A DNA stretch of 31,126 bases from a virus (Duplodnaviria; Heunggongvirae; Uroviricota; Caudoviricetes). Location of the stretch: IMG/VR virus record IMGVR_UViG_2874968258_000011; one strand, 5' to 3'. The position numbers and the translations under genes were made by a program. Each line of letters begins with the position of its first letter. The first letter of the stretch is position 1. The notes beneath the pieces were generated by a model. That model saw only the letters and a list, made by a program, of their open reading frames with translations. It was not told the origin of the DNA and did not search any database. Positions 1 through 11,471 of this stretch are shown in pieces.

Positions 1-200
1 CACAACATCCGAGGACAGCATCGTCCGCCAGCCTACAGAAGTCCGGAAAGCCATGGAAGGTCGTTGGGAGGAGGTACGAATTCTATCATGCAAAAAATAC
101 GTAAAATCGATAACGCCTAGAAATCATTCAATACTCGCACTATCGAAAGTTTACCAGCCAACCGCGGCACGTTCCTGCATACGACGTGCCGCAGCTTCTG

Positions 201-764
201 TTATTCCACGATAAAATTCCTAACCGAATTCAAATCCTTCAGACTATTCAGCTCTTCCTTCAGCTCCCGCTGACGGCGATAAATCTCGTCATTGCGCTCA
301 ACCTGTGCCTGAGCCATTGCTGCCGCCAGTTCTTCCAGTTCCGGCATCGACAGTTTCACCTGCTGATTATCGGCATCACCCCACGTCATCACGTCCCGTA
401 CAATGTCGGATTTCGCAGCCATTACCACCGGATAAAGGCGGCCCAGTGAGTTGGGGCCAGCATTCCAGATACGACCGTTCCATTCAAACGTGAACGGCTT
501 CGCCTCCTGTTCTGTGCGCCATGCTTCAATTCCCTGACGTCTGGCCTCTCTGGCCGCTTCCAGCATTTCTGGTGTCACAGTGAATGGGGCTATCTCACCC
601 CATTTGCCACTTTGCAGTTCCTGCCAGATTCGCTGACCCGTCGGTGCGACATCATCAGCGGTGGCTGTGTAGGGGACTGCCTGGTCCCTGTCGTCAAAAA
701 AAACGTCACAGTCTACTGCGCCACTTTCGGTATAACGGGGATTAATGATTTTTTTAATTTCCAC
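201..764 (-). CDS. Putative tail fiber assembly/chaperone-like protein (Tfa-like); start assigned to GTG at 764 with GAGGA RBS
   Basis: ORF 201..824; position directly downstream of tail-associated gene; weak resemblance to Tfa N-terminal region (WNG motif); canonical Tfa C-terminal motif not seen. Confidence 0.35.
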   Translation of the reverse strand: MEIKKIINPRYTESGAVDCDVFFDDRDQAVPYTATADDVAPTGQRIWQELQSGKWGEIAPFTVTPEMLEAAREARRQGIEAWRTEQEAKPFTFEWNGRIWNAGPNSLGRLYPVVMAAKSDIVRDVMTWGDADNQQVKLSMPELEELAAAMAQAQVERNDEIYRRQRELKEELNSLKDLNSVRNFIVE

Positions 765-1127
765 GGTGCATTCCTCACGATGTGCGAATAAAAAGCCCGG
801 GCATTGCGCCAGAGACATGAGCATCCGGCACCCCGGACAGGGCGCTATATGACCCCGGTAATGAATGCTCTGAACATCCCGTAATGAAAAATTGTGGGGA
901 TGCTATATACGTTCCGGTGGGAGTACTGGGCACTGAAATCCCCACCGGTCCCAGTCGTGAGCCTCTGTATGACTGCCCCCTGACAAGTCTGATGACTTTA
1001 TCACCGTCAGCTTCTCCCTGGTACGCAGCAATAATCAGCCCGCCAATGTCAGGGTCTCCCCATCTGTTGCAGACAGAGCTCGCCACGATTCTGTAAATAA
1101 TATCTTCTGTGGGGTAATGACTCCAAC

Positions 1128-1631
1128 TTATTGATAGTGTTTTATGTTCAGATAATGCCCGATGACTTTGTCATGCAGCTCCACCGATTTTGAGAACGAC
1201 AGCGACTTCCGTCCCAGCCGTGCCAGGTGCTGCCTCAGATTCAGGTTATGCCGCTCAATTCGCTGCGTATATCGCTTGCTGATTACGTGCAGCTTTCCCT
1301 TCAGGCGGGATTCATACAGCGGCCAGCCATCCGTCATCCATATCACCACGTCAAAGGGTGACAGCAGGCTCATAAGACGCCCCAGCGTCGCCATAGTGCG
1401 TTCACCGAATACGTGCGCAACAACCGTCTTCCGGAGACTGTCATACGCGTAAAACAGCCAGCGCTGGCGCGATTTAGCCCCGACATAGCCCCACTGTTCG
1501 TCCATTTCCGCGCAGACGATGACGTCACTGCCCGGCTGTATGCGCGAGGTTACCGACTGCGGCCTGAGTTTTTTAAGTGACGTAAAATCGTGTTGAGGCC
1601 AACGCCCATAATGCGTGCAGTTGCCCGGCAT
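1128..1631 (-). CDS. insB: IS1 InsB (expressed as InsAB' by -1 frameshift at A6C)
   Basis: 167-aa ORF overlapping insA; TTAAAAAACTC slippery motif. Confidence 0.9.
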
Positions 1632-1825
1632 CCAACGCCATTCATGGCCATATCAATGATTTTCTGGTGCGTACCGGGTTGAGAAGCGGTGTAAGTGAAC
1701 TGCAGTTGCCATGTTTTACGGCAGTGAGAGCAGAGATAGCGCTGATGTCCGGCAGTGCTTTTGCCGTTACGCACCACCCCGTCAGTAGCTGAACAGGAGG
1801 GACAGCTGATAGAAACAGAAGCCAC
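1550..1825 (-). CDS. insA: IS1 InsA
   Basis: 91-aa [25 protein letters not shown]…. Confidence 0.9.
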
Positions 1826-2265
1826 TGGAGCACCTCAAAAACACCATCATACACTAAATCAGTAAGTTGGCAGCATCACCCTTCTGTGGTTATATTTATT
1901 TTCACCCAGCCAGTCAGTCTGGATATGGGCCAGTAGCAGTAGCGGGTGTGATAAATGGGGCCGTTAATGCCGTAAAAAGTAAGGGATTTGGCTCTGTACC
2001 TCGGTTCTGTTGTCTCAGGGCGTGCATCAGTCCACCGGATGCTGAGCCCCCCTTCAAACCGTGTGTCGGGTATGATGATGTCGTAGGGGCCAGCAACGGA
2101 ATATTCACCTGGCAGCGCATTCCTTACCCAGGCCAGGAAATCACTCTTAGTGTCAAAACGGATAACATCTTCAGGCAGAAAAGCACACCCAAAGCCGAAT
2201 GCGCCGGGTATCGCCAGACGGCTGAGGTGTACTGGCAATAGCGGACACTACCATTTGTTCTTTTT

Positions 2266-3084
2266 TTAAGCAGCCATCTGATGATATTTTTCCCTGAAGG
2301 CTGCCGGGGAGATATTCCCCAGACGAGAGTGACGACGCTGACGATTGTAGAAAATCTCAATGTATTCCCGTATTACTGAGATGGCTTCATCCCGGTTATT
2401 AAAACGATAGTGGCTCAGGCTCTCATTTTTCAGCGTTCCCCAGAAGCTTTCCATCGGAGCGTTGTCGTAACAGTTACCTTTACGCGACATTGATGTTTTC
2501 AGACCAGACTGCTCCTGTATGACCCGGTAATCGTATGCGCAGTACTGTGAACCTCGATCAGAGTGGTGGATTAGCCCGGCAGGTGGGCGCTGGCTCCTGA
2601 GCGCCATAAACAGGGCTTTACCTGTCAGCTCTTTTGTCATGCGCTCTCCCATGGCGTAGCCGACAATTTCGCACGTATAAACATCTTTGATGCCAGCGAG
2701 GTACAACCATCCCTCCTGTGTGGCAACATACGTCAGGTCCGCCACCCAGACCTGATTTGGTGCTGTAGGAGCGAACGTCTGGTTCAGCAGATTTGGCGCA
2801 ACTGGCAGATTGTGGTTCGAGTTCGTAGTCGCTCTGAACTTGCGTTTCTGCTTACAGCGTAGCCTTAGCTCCTTACGAAGACGTGCCAGTCGGTCACGAC
2901 CAACGATGATGCCATTCTCTGCCAGCTCCGTCTGGAGCCGCCGGGTTCCATATGTTTCGCGAGTGCGGATATGTGCCACCTTAATCTCCAGTTTTAGCCG
3001 CTCATCACTTTGTTTTCTGTCTGAGGGTTCATGCTGTACCCAGTTGTAATAACCGCTCCTGGATACACCAAATACCTGACACAT
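2266..3084 (-). CDS. IS600 OrfB (DDE transposase catalytic part; OrfAB by -1 frameshift)
   Basis: 272-aa ORF; A-run slippery site at end of orfA. Confidence 0.9.
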   Translation of the reverse strand: MCQVFGVSRSGYYNWVQHEPSDRKQSDERLKLEIKVAHIRTRETYGTRRLQTELAENGIIVGRDRLARLRKELRLRCKQKRKFRATTNSNHNLPVAPNLLNQTFAPTAPNQVWVADLTYVATQEGWLYLAGIKDVYTCEIVGYAMGERMTKELTGKALFMALRSQRPPAGLIHHSDRGSQYCAYDYRVIQEQSGLKTSMSRKGNCYDNAPMESFWGTLKNESLSHYRFNNRDEAISVIREYIEIFYNRQRRHSRLGNISPAAFREKYHQMAA

Positions 3085-3119
3085 CGCTTCAATGGGAAAT
3101 TGTTGTCGCCATTGTTCGA

Positions 3120-3422
3120 TTAACGCGTATTTTTCAGCGACTCCTGTGCAAAATACGCTGTTGCTTTTTTTAATATATCTCGCTCAAGGCGAGCTTCATT
3201 TAACGCCTTACGCAGTTGCAGAATTTCAGATTCCAGTTCAGCCACCGTGCGGGAACCAGGAGTACCGAGCCCTTTTCTGGCGGCGGTAACCCATTGTCCT
3301 AAAGTGCCTTCAGGAAGAGATAATCGGGAAGCGCCTTCACTGATCGAAAGTTGATTTTCAAGAACCGTTCTGACAGCTTCGGCTTTGAACTCTTTAGAGT
3401 AACGTTGGGTTTTTCTGCTCAT
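3120..3422 (-). CDS. IS600 OrfA (HTH transposase subunit)
   Basis: 100-aa ORF MSRKTQRYSKEFKAEAV…; variant with L at residue 21. Confidence 0.9.
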   Translation of the reverse strand: MSRKTQRYSKEFKAEAVRTVLENQLSISEGASRLSLPEGTLGQWVTAARKGLGTPGSRTVAELESEILQLRKALNEARLERDILKKATAYFAQESLKNTR

Positions 3423-3486
3423 TATTAGCTCCTTCTGATGCCATTCTATTTCAGGAAGGAGTGTCCGTTAAACTCAGGCTACCTCA

Positions 3487-3844
3487 TTCTGGCGAGTCGT
3501 TTTTTGGAGTGTTCGCGGGCTTTTTCCTCCGTCATCTGAATAATCAGCATATCAGCAGGATCGCAAATCACGTTGTAAATCACCCAGCCGTCAATCAGGC
3601 CGATAGTCTTGCCGGTTCGTGCCGGGCCAACAAATATCACTGCGTCGTATTCACGCGAGGCCAGGCAGTTCATCGGCTCAATAACATACGGTGCCACCAG
3701 CGGATCCCACGGGACTGAGTTCCCTGCCCCCATGGGCACCCGCATATACTGAGCAACGGCATCAGCAACCCGCATTCGTCTCGGTGCGCGAAGGATATAA
3801 CCTGAATCGGTTCGTGCTGCCTTTGCGGTTTCCTGATTCAGCAT
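3487..3844 (-). pseudogene. Terminase large subunit (gpA-like), N-terminal ~119 codons only; truncated at IS600
   Basis: ORF starts at stop of Nu1-like gene; pattern resembles lambda gpA N-terminus (W-D/E-x-L … Y-x-x-V … AR-x-G-x-T/SK); reading frame runs into IS600 end. Confidence 0.55.
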
Positions 3845-4338
3845 TACTCCTCCTGCTGTAATTCCTCCTCATCATCCGCACCTGCTTCAGTCACCCGCAG
3901 GGCTATCTGATCGCGCAGATCATCAATAATGGACTGAACACGGCTCACAGCGGCAGGCTGCAGACCGCAGTCACGTTCAAGAATATCCGGTAATGTCTCC
4001 AGCACCTGCACGACCGCTTTTGCCCAGATGGCAAACTCCCGTCTGACATCACTGGCCGGAATGAGTTGTGCCGTTTCCTGTTCGAACTTAAGACGCTCAC
4101 GTTCAGACTGATACCAGGCTTTGCGCTCATGCGCGTCCATTTCGCCTTCTGCAACCGGCGGTGGTAATGCCAGAAATGCCGACACAATATCAACCACCCG
4201 ATAAAGCTTGAGGTTGCTTTCATGCCCCCCTGCAACGGGTAGATTTTGCAGCCTTGCCGCAGCAGTCTGGCGATGTACACCTGACAGTGCCGCCAGTTGA
4301 CTGATATTCAGCGTCAGATTTTTTAACTCTCGATCCAT
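3844..4338 (-). CDS. Terminase small subunit (Nu1-like)
   Basis: 164-aa ORF with N-terminal HTH-like segment (LNISQLAALSGVHRQTAA), acidic C-terminus, immediately upstream of gpA-like ORF. Confidence 0.6.
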   Translation of the reverse strand: MDRELKNLTLNISQLAALSGVHRQTAAARLQNLPVAGGHESNLKLYRVVDIVSAFLALPPPVAEGEMDAHERKAWYQSERERLKFEQETAQLIPASDVRREFAIWAKAVVQVLETLPDILERDCGLQPAAVSRVQSIIDDLRDQIALRVTEAGADDEEELQQEE

Positions 4339-4481
4339 ACCCGCTCCAGAATGTTTTAAACATGCATCTTGCGAACAACTTTAGGCAAACGGTGTTAGTG
4401 ATGAACAAAAAACAATCAAAATTGTCAACGCCACGATGTTTGACCGTTATTTGCCATTTTCATGCCCGCTAAATACTTTCG

Positions 4482-4775
<294 letters not shown>

Positions 4776-4793
4776 CTACCATTTGTTCTTTTT

Positions 4794-5612
4794 TTAAGCA
4801 GCCATCTGATGATATTTTTCCCTGAAGGCTGCCGGGGAGATATTCCCCAGACGAGAGTGACGACGCTGACGATTGTAGAAAATCTCAATGTATTCCCGTA
4901 TTACTGAGATGGCTTCATCCCGGTTATTAAAACGATAGTGGCTCAGGCTCTCATTTTTCAGCGTTCCCCAGAAGCTTTCCATCGGAGCGTTGTCGTAACA
5001 GTTACCTTTACGCGACATTGATGTTTTCAGACCAGACTGCTCCTGTATGACCCGGTAATCGTATGCGCAGTACTGTGAACCTCGATCAGAGTGGTGGATT
5101 AGCCCGGCAGGTGGGCGCTGGCTCCTGAGCGCCATAAACAGGGCTTTACCTGTCAGCTCTTTTGTCATGCGCTCTCCCATGGCGTAGCCGACAATTTCGC
5201 ACGTATAAACATCTTTGATGCCAGCGAGGTACAACCATCCCTCCTGTGTGGCAACATACGTCAGGTCCGCCACCCAGACCTGATTTGGTGCTGTAGGAGC
5301 GAACGTCTGGTTCAGCAGATTTGGCGCAACTGGCAGATTGTGGTTCGAGTTCGTAGTCGCTCTGAACTTGCGTTTCTGCTTACAGCGTAGCCTTAGCTCC
5401 TTACGAAGACGTGCCAGTCGGTCACGACCAACGATGATGCCATTCTCTGCCAGCTCCGTCTGGAGCCGCCGGGTTCCATATGTTTCGCGAGTGCGGATAT
5501 GTGCCACCTTAATCTCCAGTTTTAGCCGCTCATCACTTTGTTTTCTGTCTGAGGGTTCATGCTGTACCCAGTTGTAATAACCGCTCCTGGATACACCAAA
5601 TACCTGACACAT
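4794..5612 (-). CDS. IS600 OrfB
   Basis: 272-aa ORF identical to copy 1. Confidence 0.9.
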   Translation of the reverse strand: MCQVFGVSRSGYYNWVQHEPSDRKQSDERLKLEIKVAHIRTRETYGTRRLQTELAENGIIVGRDRLARLRKELRLRCKQKRKFRATTNSNHNLPVAPNLLNQTFAPTAPNQVWVADLTYVATQEGWLYLAGIKDVYTCEIVGYAMGERMTKELTGKALFMALRSQRPPAGLIHHSDRGSQYCAYDYRVIQEQSGLKTSMSRKGNCYDNAPMESFWGTLKNESLSHYRFNNRDEAISVIREYIEIFYNRQRRHSRLGNISPAAFREKYHQMAA

Positions 5613-5647
5613 CGCTTCAATGGGAAATTGTTGTCGCCATTGTTCGA

Positions 5648-5950
5648 TTAACGCGTATTTTTCAGCGACTCCTGTGCAAAATACGCTGTTGCTTTTTTTA
5701 ATATATCTCGCTCAAGGCGAGCTTCATTTAACGCCTTACGCAGTTGCAGAATTTCAGATTCCAGTTCAGCCACCGTGCGGGAACCAGGAGTACCGAGCCC
5801 TTTTCTGGCGGCGGTAACCCATTGTCCTAAAGTGCCTTCAGGAAGAGATAATCGGGAAGCGCCTTCACTGATCGAAAGTTGATTTTCAAGAACCGTTCTG
5901 ACAGCTTCGGCTTTGAACTCTTTAGAGTAACGTTGGGTTTTTCTGCTCAT
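5648..5950 (-). CDS. IS600 OrfA
   Basis: Identical to copy 1 OrfA (L variant). Confidence 0.9.
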   Translation of the reverse strand: MSRKTQRYSKEFKAEAVRTVLENQLSISEGASRLSLPEGTLGQWVTAARKGLGTPGSRTVAELESEILQLRKALNEARLERDILKKATAYFAQESLKNTR

Positions 5951-6014
5951 TATTAGCTCCTTCTGATGCCATTCTATTTCAGGAAGGAGTGTCCGTTAAA
6001 CTCAGGCTACCTCA

Positions 6015-6549
6015 TGGCTTCCTCTCTGTTCATCGGCAGATAGCCTATTTCATCCAGGATCAACACCCGGGCATAACTCAGTTGCTGTAGCTGACGCTCC
6101 AGCCGGTTTTCCTGTTTCGCTTTCATCAGTGTCGCGATCAGTCTGTCCAGTGGCATAAACAGTACCCGATGTCCCGCATCCACCGCTTTCACGCCAAGAG
6201 CTATGGCCAGATGAGTTTTTCCGACACCAGGAGGGCCCAGCAGGATCACGTTTTCGCTGCGCTCCACGAACGCCAGACCAGCCAGTTCCCGGACAACCTT
6301 ACGGTCGATGCCCGGCTGGAAGGTAAAGTCGAACTGCTCCAGCGTTTTGACCCACGGCAGACGAGCCTGCTTCAGCCTGGACTCCATACCGCGCTGATGC
6401 CTGCCGTTCCATTCCTGCTGTAGCGCCATGCACAGGAACTCCCGGTAGTTCAGCTCTTTTTTAGCTGCCTGTTCCAGCAGGCTTTCAACGTGATAACTCA
6501 GATGCTCCATTTTCAGGCGACTCAGCAGGACTTCCAGTTCATGCATCAC
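6015..6549 (-). pseudogene. istB: istB N-terminal fragment (Walker A GPPGVGKT present)
   Basis: 180-aa ORF 6007..6549 whose last codons run into IS600. Confidence 0.8.
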
Positions 6550-7718
6550 AACAGCTCCTCATAGGCACTCAGTGGTCGATGTTCCACCTGACTGACCTGC
6601 TGCCAGAGCGGGGCGTGATGCTCCGGCACTGTCTGCCAGCCAGACGATGCTGAACAGAGGCGATGTGAGGCCACCAGTTTCTCATTACTGTAGATCCGCA
6701 ACTCGTCATCCAGCGATATTCGTATCGATACCGGCTGACCACACAGCGCTTCGGGAACGCTGTAACGATTACCACCAACCTCGATATAGCTGTCCCAGGA
6801 CACATGGCGGATATCGAAGTAACTGGTATCGAAGTCTGTATCCGGTAACGGCTGCAGATGTTCCTGCTCCAGCGCGAAGCGCTGTTCCGGCGTTTCTTTG
6901 AACTGGCGAAGCTCCCGTTTGTCAGCCACATCGGCTATCCATTGCTCCAGTTGTTGATTGACATGAGTGAAGCTGTCGAACCTGCGGTACCGGACGAAGA
7001 AGTTCTCCTTGAGGTATTTCACCATCCGCTCAACCTTACCTTTTGTTCTGGCCCTGCGTGGACGGCATGCCCGTGGCAGGAAGTTATAGTGGTCAGCCAG
7101 CAACAGGAATCCGGAGTTGAACACGACTTTCCCGTTGTTATTCTTCAGCACCGCAGCCTTCTGGTTATCAACCAGCACCGTTTTCACACAACCACCGAAG
7201 TAGCGGAAGGCGCGAACCAGTGATTCGTAGGTATGCTCAGCATCCTGTTTTGGTGCGGCGAAGACATGGAAGCTGCGGGAGAACCCCAGCGTATTAACCG
7301 CAAAGTTAACTTTGCACCGTTGCCCGGCAACCTCCACCTCAACTTCGCCCCAGTCATGCTGGAGCTGGTATCCAGGCTGAGTTTCGAAGCGAACTGTTCT
7401 TTTTGACGGACGCATTTTACGTTTGGGCTGGATGTAGTAACGCAGCATGGAACGTCCGCCCGTATAACCCATTGCCTTAATCTCCGCGAAGATAACCTCG
7501 CTATTCCAGACATTCTCTGCCAGGCGCATGTCGATGTAATCCATAAACGGTTTCAGCTTAACCATTTTGTGGCGGGTCTTTCTGGCTGGCGGTTCAGGGT
7601 ATTTGAGGTAGCGTCTGACCGTCCGTTCAGAGCAACCAATCTGAGTCGCAATATCGACGATGTACGCGCCCTGCTGGCGCATTTGCTTTATCATGTAAAA
7701 GTCCTCTCTGCTCAGCAT
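6546..7718 (-). CDS. istA: IS21-family transposase IstA
   Basis: 390-aa ORF with N-terminal HTH, overlapping istB start. Confidence 0.85.
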   Translation of the reverse strand: MLSREDFYMIKQMRQQGAYIVDIATQIGCSERTVRRYLKYPEPPARKTRHKMVKLKPFMDYIDMRLAENVWNSEVIFAEIKAMGYTGGRSMLRYYIQPKRKMRPSKRTVRFETQPGYQLQHDWGEVEVEVAGQRCKVNFAVNTLGFSRSFHVFAAPKQDAEHTYESLVRAFRYFGGCVKTVLVDNQKAAVLKNNNGKVVFNSGFLLLADHYNFLPRACRPRRARTKGKVERMVKYLKENFFVRYRRFDSFTHVNQQLEQWIADVADKRELRQFKETPEQRFALEQEHLQPLPDTDFDTSYFDIRHVSWDSYIEVGGNRYSVPEALCGQPVSIRISLDDELRIYSNEKLVASHRLCSASSGWQTVPEHHAPLWQQVSQVEHRPLSAYEELL

Positions 7719-8096
7719 GTTGATGTCCTTTCTGGTGTGAGAACCTTAAGGAAACAACATGTTGGGTGGAGCGGACAATCCAAATGGCGAATTACCGTCT
7801 TATATCACTGGCGCTGACAAAATCGACACCATAAAAATAAAACCACTGTAATATCAATCCATTACAGTAGTGGTGATGACGAATGAAATTTCAAAAACTA
7901 GCCTTTTTCCGCGCCGCTCCCGCCCCGTGGCAGGCCACCCCACCGGGAGGACCCGTCAGCCTGACAGCCATGACGAACGTCTGATACAGCGCCCTGCATG
8001 AATGACATCGGGATAATCCAGAAAGGAATAGCATCGTACCCACAAGAATCAGTGTAAGTGTCCTGTTTCTTCCACCCCCGCACAGGACTGGCGAGC

Positions 8097-8273
8097 ATGA
8101 GGGACAAACCCGCGAACCATAAACGCGGTAAAAACCCGGTGTGCATCGTTTTTGATTATTCCCGCACACTCGCGCAGAAGGAGTTCCCCGTCGGGCTACG
8201 GTCATGGTTAATACGGGAATACGGCGACGATACAGCGCATGATGTGTCAGGCTTGAATACCTTTATCCGTTAA
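8097..8273 (+). CDS. Hypothetical small protein (moron-like, opposite to lysis genes); start at internal ATG 8097
   Basis: ORF 8058..8273; followed by hairpin 8321-8344; position analogous to bor/ybcW-type genes downstream of Rz. Confidence 0.3.
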   Translation: MRDKPANHKRGKNPVCIVFDYSRTLAQKEFPVGLRSWLIREYGDDTAHDVSGLNTFIR

Positions 8274-8320
8274 AAGGGATATCAGTTAAGTTATCCCGTG
8301 TAGGGTATAAGCCATTATCA

Positions 8321-8348
8321 AAGCCACTCTGTAGGAAGTGGCTTTTGT
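8321..8348 (+). terminator. Candidate intrinsic terminator (stem AAGCCACT/AGTGGCTT then T-rich)
   Basis: 8-bp perfect inverted repeat; weak T-run. Confidence 0.35.
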
Positions 8349-8354
8349 AATGGC

Positions 8355-8380
8355 AATAAAAAGCCCCGCGAATGCGAGGC
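8355..8380 (-). terminator. Candidate intrinsic terminator downstream of Rz (stem GCCUCGC/GCGGGGC with one G-U, then U5)
   Basis: Hairpin plus A5 run on plus strand. Confidence 0.4.
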
Positions 8381-8554
8381 TAAATCCTGGTATTTGTAAT
8401 GACTGGCTCTTATCTCAACGCAGCCCCTTACCGCGCGCAAAATGCTCAATATCAAGCATCAGCAATGAGATGTTTAATCTGGATTCACTCCAGAAGTGAG
8501 CACCACCCTGTCTACAGAGCCAGATGTGAAGGATGATGAGTAAAATTATCGCTA

Positions 8555-9022
8555 TCATCGAAGGCATTGCGTCCTGATGTATTCCTGAAGCGTTCTCAGT
8601 GCTGTTTGGTCGCGGATAATTCCGTCCCGGATACCGAGAACGTTTCGTCCAGCAACTGGAGAGAGTTCGACGGTGGCATCATTGCCCATGCCGGAGGCGC
8701 TGGAGGTTTCGGCTGAGGATGGCACAGGGCATTTTCCTTTGACGAGCACCCGACCACCATTATCAAGCTTGCGCCGAAGAGCATCATTTTCAGCTTTCGC
8801 ATCAGCTAACTCCTTCGTGTATTTAGCATCGAGTGCATCAGCATCACGCTGGCGCTGCTGCATGTCAGTAATGGTTGCGTTCGCCAGCTTCAGTTCTCTT
8901 GCGTTTTTGTCGCGCTGCTCTTTGTAGGTAATGGCGTTATCACGGTAATGATTAACAGCCCATGACAGGCGGACGATGATGCAGATAACCAGAGCGGAGA
9001 TAATCGCGGTGACTCTGCTCAT
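8555..9022 (-). CDS. Rz: Spanin inner-membrane subunit Rz
   Basis: [17 protein letters not shown]…[11 protein letters not shown]… resembles lambda/P21 Rz; start overlaps R stop (ATGA). Confidence 0.9.
   Translation of the reverse strand: MSRVTAIISALVICIIVRLSWAVNHYRDNAITYKEQRDKNARELKLANATITDMQQRQRDADALDAKYTKELADAKAENDALRRKLDNGGRVLVKGKCPVPSSAETSSASGMGNDATVELSPVAGRNVLGIRDGIIRDQTALRTLQEYIRTQCLR
8596..8802 (-). CDS. Rz1: Spanin outer-membrane lipoprotein Rz1, embedded in +1 frame of Rz
   Basis: ORF with lipobox VVGC and proline-rich stretch [11 protein letters not shown], wholly inside Rz. Confidence 0.8.
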   Translation of the reverse strand: MRKLKMMLFGASLIMVVGCSSKENALCHPQPKPPAPPAWAMMPPSNSLQLLDETFSVSGTELSATKQH

Positions 9023-9516
9023 TGCTGCCCCCACAAACAGACTTCACGCTCAATCTCACGACGGGTCATCAGCCCTTTCCATTGCTTACCGCCAGCATAT
9101 GTCCAGCGACGTAGCTGGTCACATGCGCCTTTGATATAGCCCTGGTTTATTTTGCGAAGAAGCGTCGATGTTCTGAAATTGCCAGCGCCCACGTTGTAAA
9201 CGAACGAGTAAAGAGCGCCGCGCGTTGTTTCCGGTATATCGACTTTGATGTACGGGTTAATTTGTCTGGCGACAGTGGCAAGGTCTTTATTCAGGAGAGC
9301 TTTGCATTCTGCTTCGGTATACGTTTTACCAGGCATGATGTCTTTTCCGGTGTGTCCGTGACATACAGTCCATACACCAATGATATCTTTGTATGGTATG
9401 TAGCTGACACCTTCCAGACCATCGTTACCACCTGGGCCAGTGATTAACACAGATGCTATAGCAACAGCCCCGCCACCAATAGCAACTGCAACAGCCTTGC
9501 GTAATGATGGCGACAT
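9019..9516 (-). CDS. R: SAR endolysin (phage lysozyme R, P21 type)
   Basis: 165-aa ORF; N-terminal Gly/Ala-rich signal-anchor-release segment; lysozyme-like body. Confidence 0.9.
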   Translation of the reverse strand: MSPSLRKAVAVAIGGGAVAIASVLITGPGGNDGLEGVSYIPYKDIIGVWTVCHGHTGKDIMPGKTYTEAECKALLNKDLATVARQINPYIKVDIPETTRGALYSFVYNVGAGNFRTSTLLRKINQGYIKGACDQLRRWTYAGGKQWKGLMTRREIEREVCLWGQQ

Positions 9517-9731
9517 TATTCACCTCTCGCAGCCTTACGCTTATCTTCTCTTATTTTGAAATACAGATTCGTCAGATAAGTCAGAAGCCCCAGAAGCAGA
9601 CTTCCCAGCACACCAATCGCAGCCCACTGTGATGGACTGACCTGATCCAACCACTGCAAAAACCAGTAGCCGGCACTGCCGGCGGAGGTGCCGTAGGCAA
9701 TGCCCGTTGAAATTTTGTCCATGGATTTCAT
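9516..9731 (-). CDS. S: Pinholin S (P21 type), dual-start motif MKSM
   Basis: 71-aa [31 protein letters not shown]…; GGAGG RBS; ORF-track start at 9893 is an upstream extension into IS600. Confidence 0.85.
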   Translation of the reverse strand: MKSMDKISTGIAYGTSAGSAGYWFLQWLDQVSPSQWAAIGVLGSLLLGLLTYLTNLYFKIREDKRKAARGE

Positions 9732-9908
9732 AGCCTCACCTCCGCAAATAACGGATGGCGTAGTTTTACACTGAGAAATGAAAGGGATTTGAAAAGAAAA
9801 AAACGCAAAAGCGGGCGAAACGATATATACAGTAAGGAAAGCACTGAGGTAGCCTGAGTTTAACGGACACTCCTTCCTAAAATAGAATGGCATCAGAAGG
9901 AGCTAATA

Positions 9909-10211
9909 ATGAGCAGAAAAACCCAACGTTACTCTAAAGAGTTCAAAGCCGAAGCTGTCAGAACGGTTCCTGAAAATCAACTTTCGATCAGTGAAGGCGC
10001 TTCCCGATTATCTCTTCCTGAAGGCACTTTAGGACAATGGGTTACCGCCGCCAGAAAAGGGCTCGGTACTCCTGGTTCCCGCACGGTGGCTGAACTGGAA
10101 TCTGAAATTCTGCAACTGCGTAAGGCGTTAAATGAAGCTCGCCTTGAGCGAGATATATTAAAAAAAGCAACAGCGTATTTTGCACAGGAGTCGCTGAAAA
10201 ATACGCGTTAA
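9909..10211 (+). CDS. IS600 OrfA (P variant at residue 21)
   Basis: 100-aa ORF. Confidence 0.9.
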   Translation: MSRKTQRYSKEFKAEAVRTVPENQLSISEGASRLSLPEGTLGQWVTAARKGLGTPGSRTVAELESEILQLRKALNEARLERDILKKATAYFAQESLKNTR

Positions 10212-10302
10212 TCGAACAATGGCGACAACAATTTCCCATTGAAGCGATGTGTCAGGTATTTGGTGTATCCAGGAGCGGTTATTACAACTGGGTATGAAGT
10301 GG

Positions 10303-11471
<1,169 letters not shown>

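Larger units (their letters stand above)
1113..1880 (-). mobile_element. IS1 copy A, 768 bp, flanked by 9-bp direct repeat CTTCTGTGG (1104-1112 and 1881-1889)
   Basis: Terminal sequences GGTGATGCTGCCAACTTACTGAT / ATCAATAAGTTGGAGTCATTACC; InsA and InsB ORFs. Confidence 0.95.
775..2222 (-). pseudogene. Tail-associated structural gene, 3' portion; 5' end removed at IS600 junction and body split by IS1
   Basis: Minus-strand reading frame is continuous across the IS1 insertion once IS1 and one copy of the 9-bp duplication are removed (…KINITTE|DIIYRIVASS…); stop at 775-777. Confidence 0.45.
2223..3486 (-). mobile_element. IS600 copy 1 (IS3 family), 1264 bp; no flanking 3-bp duplication (GGC vs TTC)
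   Basis: Ends TGAGGTGTACTGGCAATAGCGGACAC and TGAGGTAGCCTGAGTTTAACGGACAC; OrfA and OrfB ORFs. Confidence 0.95.

Noticed and set aside
165-189. Inverted repeat GGCACG…CGTGCC 12 nt downstream of the Tfa-like stop
   Set aside because: 6-bp stem with 13-nt loop and no U-run; too weak to call a terminator.
884-1096. Plus-strand 70-aa ORF
   Set aside because: Antisense to the same minus-strand tail-gene frame; no RBS.
1867-2241. Plus-strand 124-aa ORF between IS1 and IS600
   Set aside because: Antisense to the minus-strand tail-gene frame, which is continuous across the IS1 duplication; minus frame preferred.
2124-2360. ORFs beginning MPVHL… or MRFSTIVSVV… at IS600 ends (also 4482-4766, 21502-22128, 30620-31126)
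   Set aside because: The first codons are TTG/ATG artefacts inside the IS600 terminus reading outward; only the non-IS portions are treated as genuine gene fragments.
2810-3049. 79-aa ORF antisense within every IS600 orfB (also 5338, 11528, 19538, 22578, 29809)
   Set aside because: Recurs only because the IS is repeated; antisense to the transposase gene, Ser/Arg-rich.
7891-8205. Overlapping minus-strand ORFs (104 aa and 82 aa) between the IS21-family end and Rz
   Set aside because: Mutually overlapping, no RBS, Arg/Gly-rich low-complexity translations; the plus-strand small ORF with its own hairpin is more plausible.
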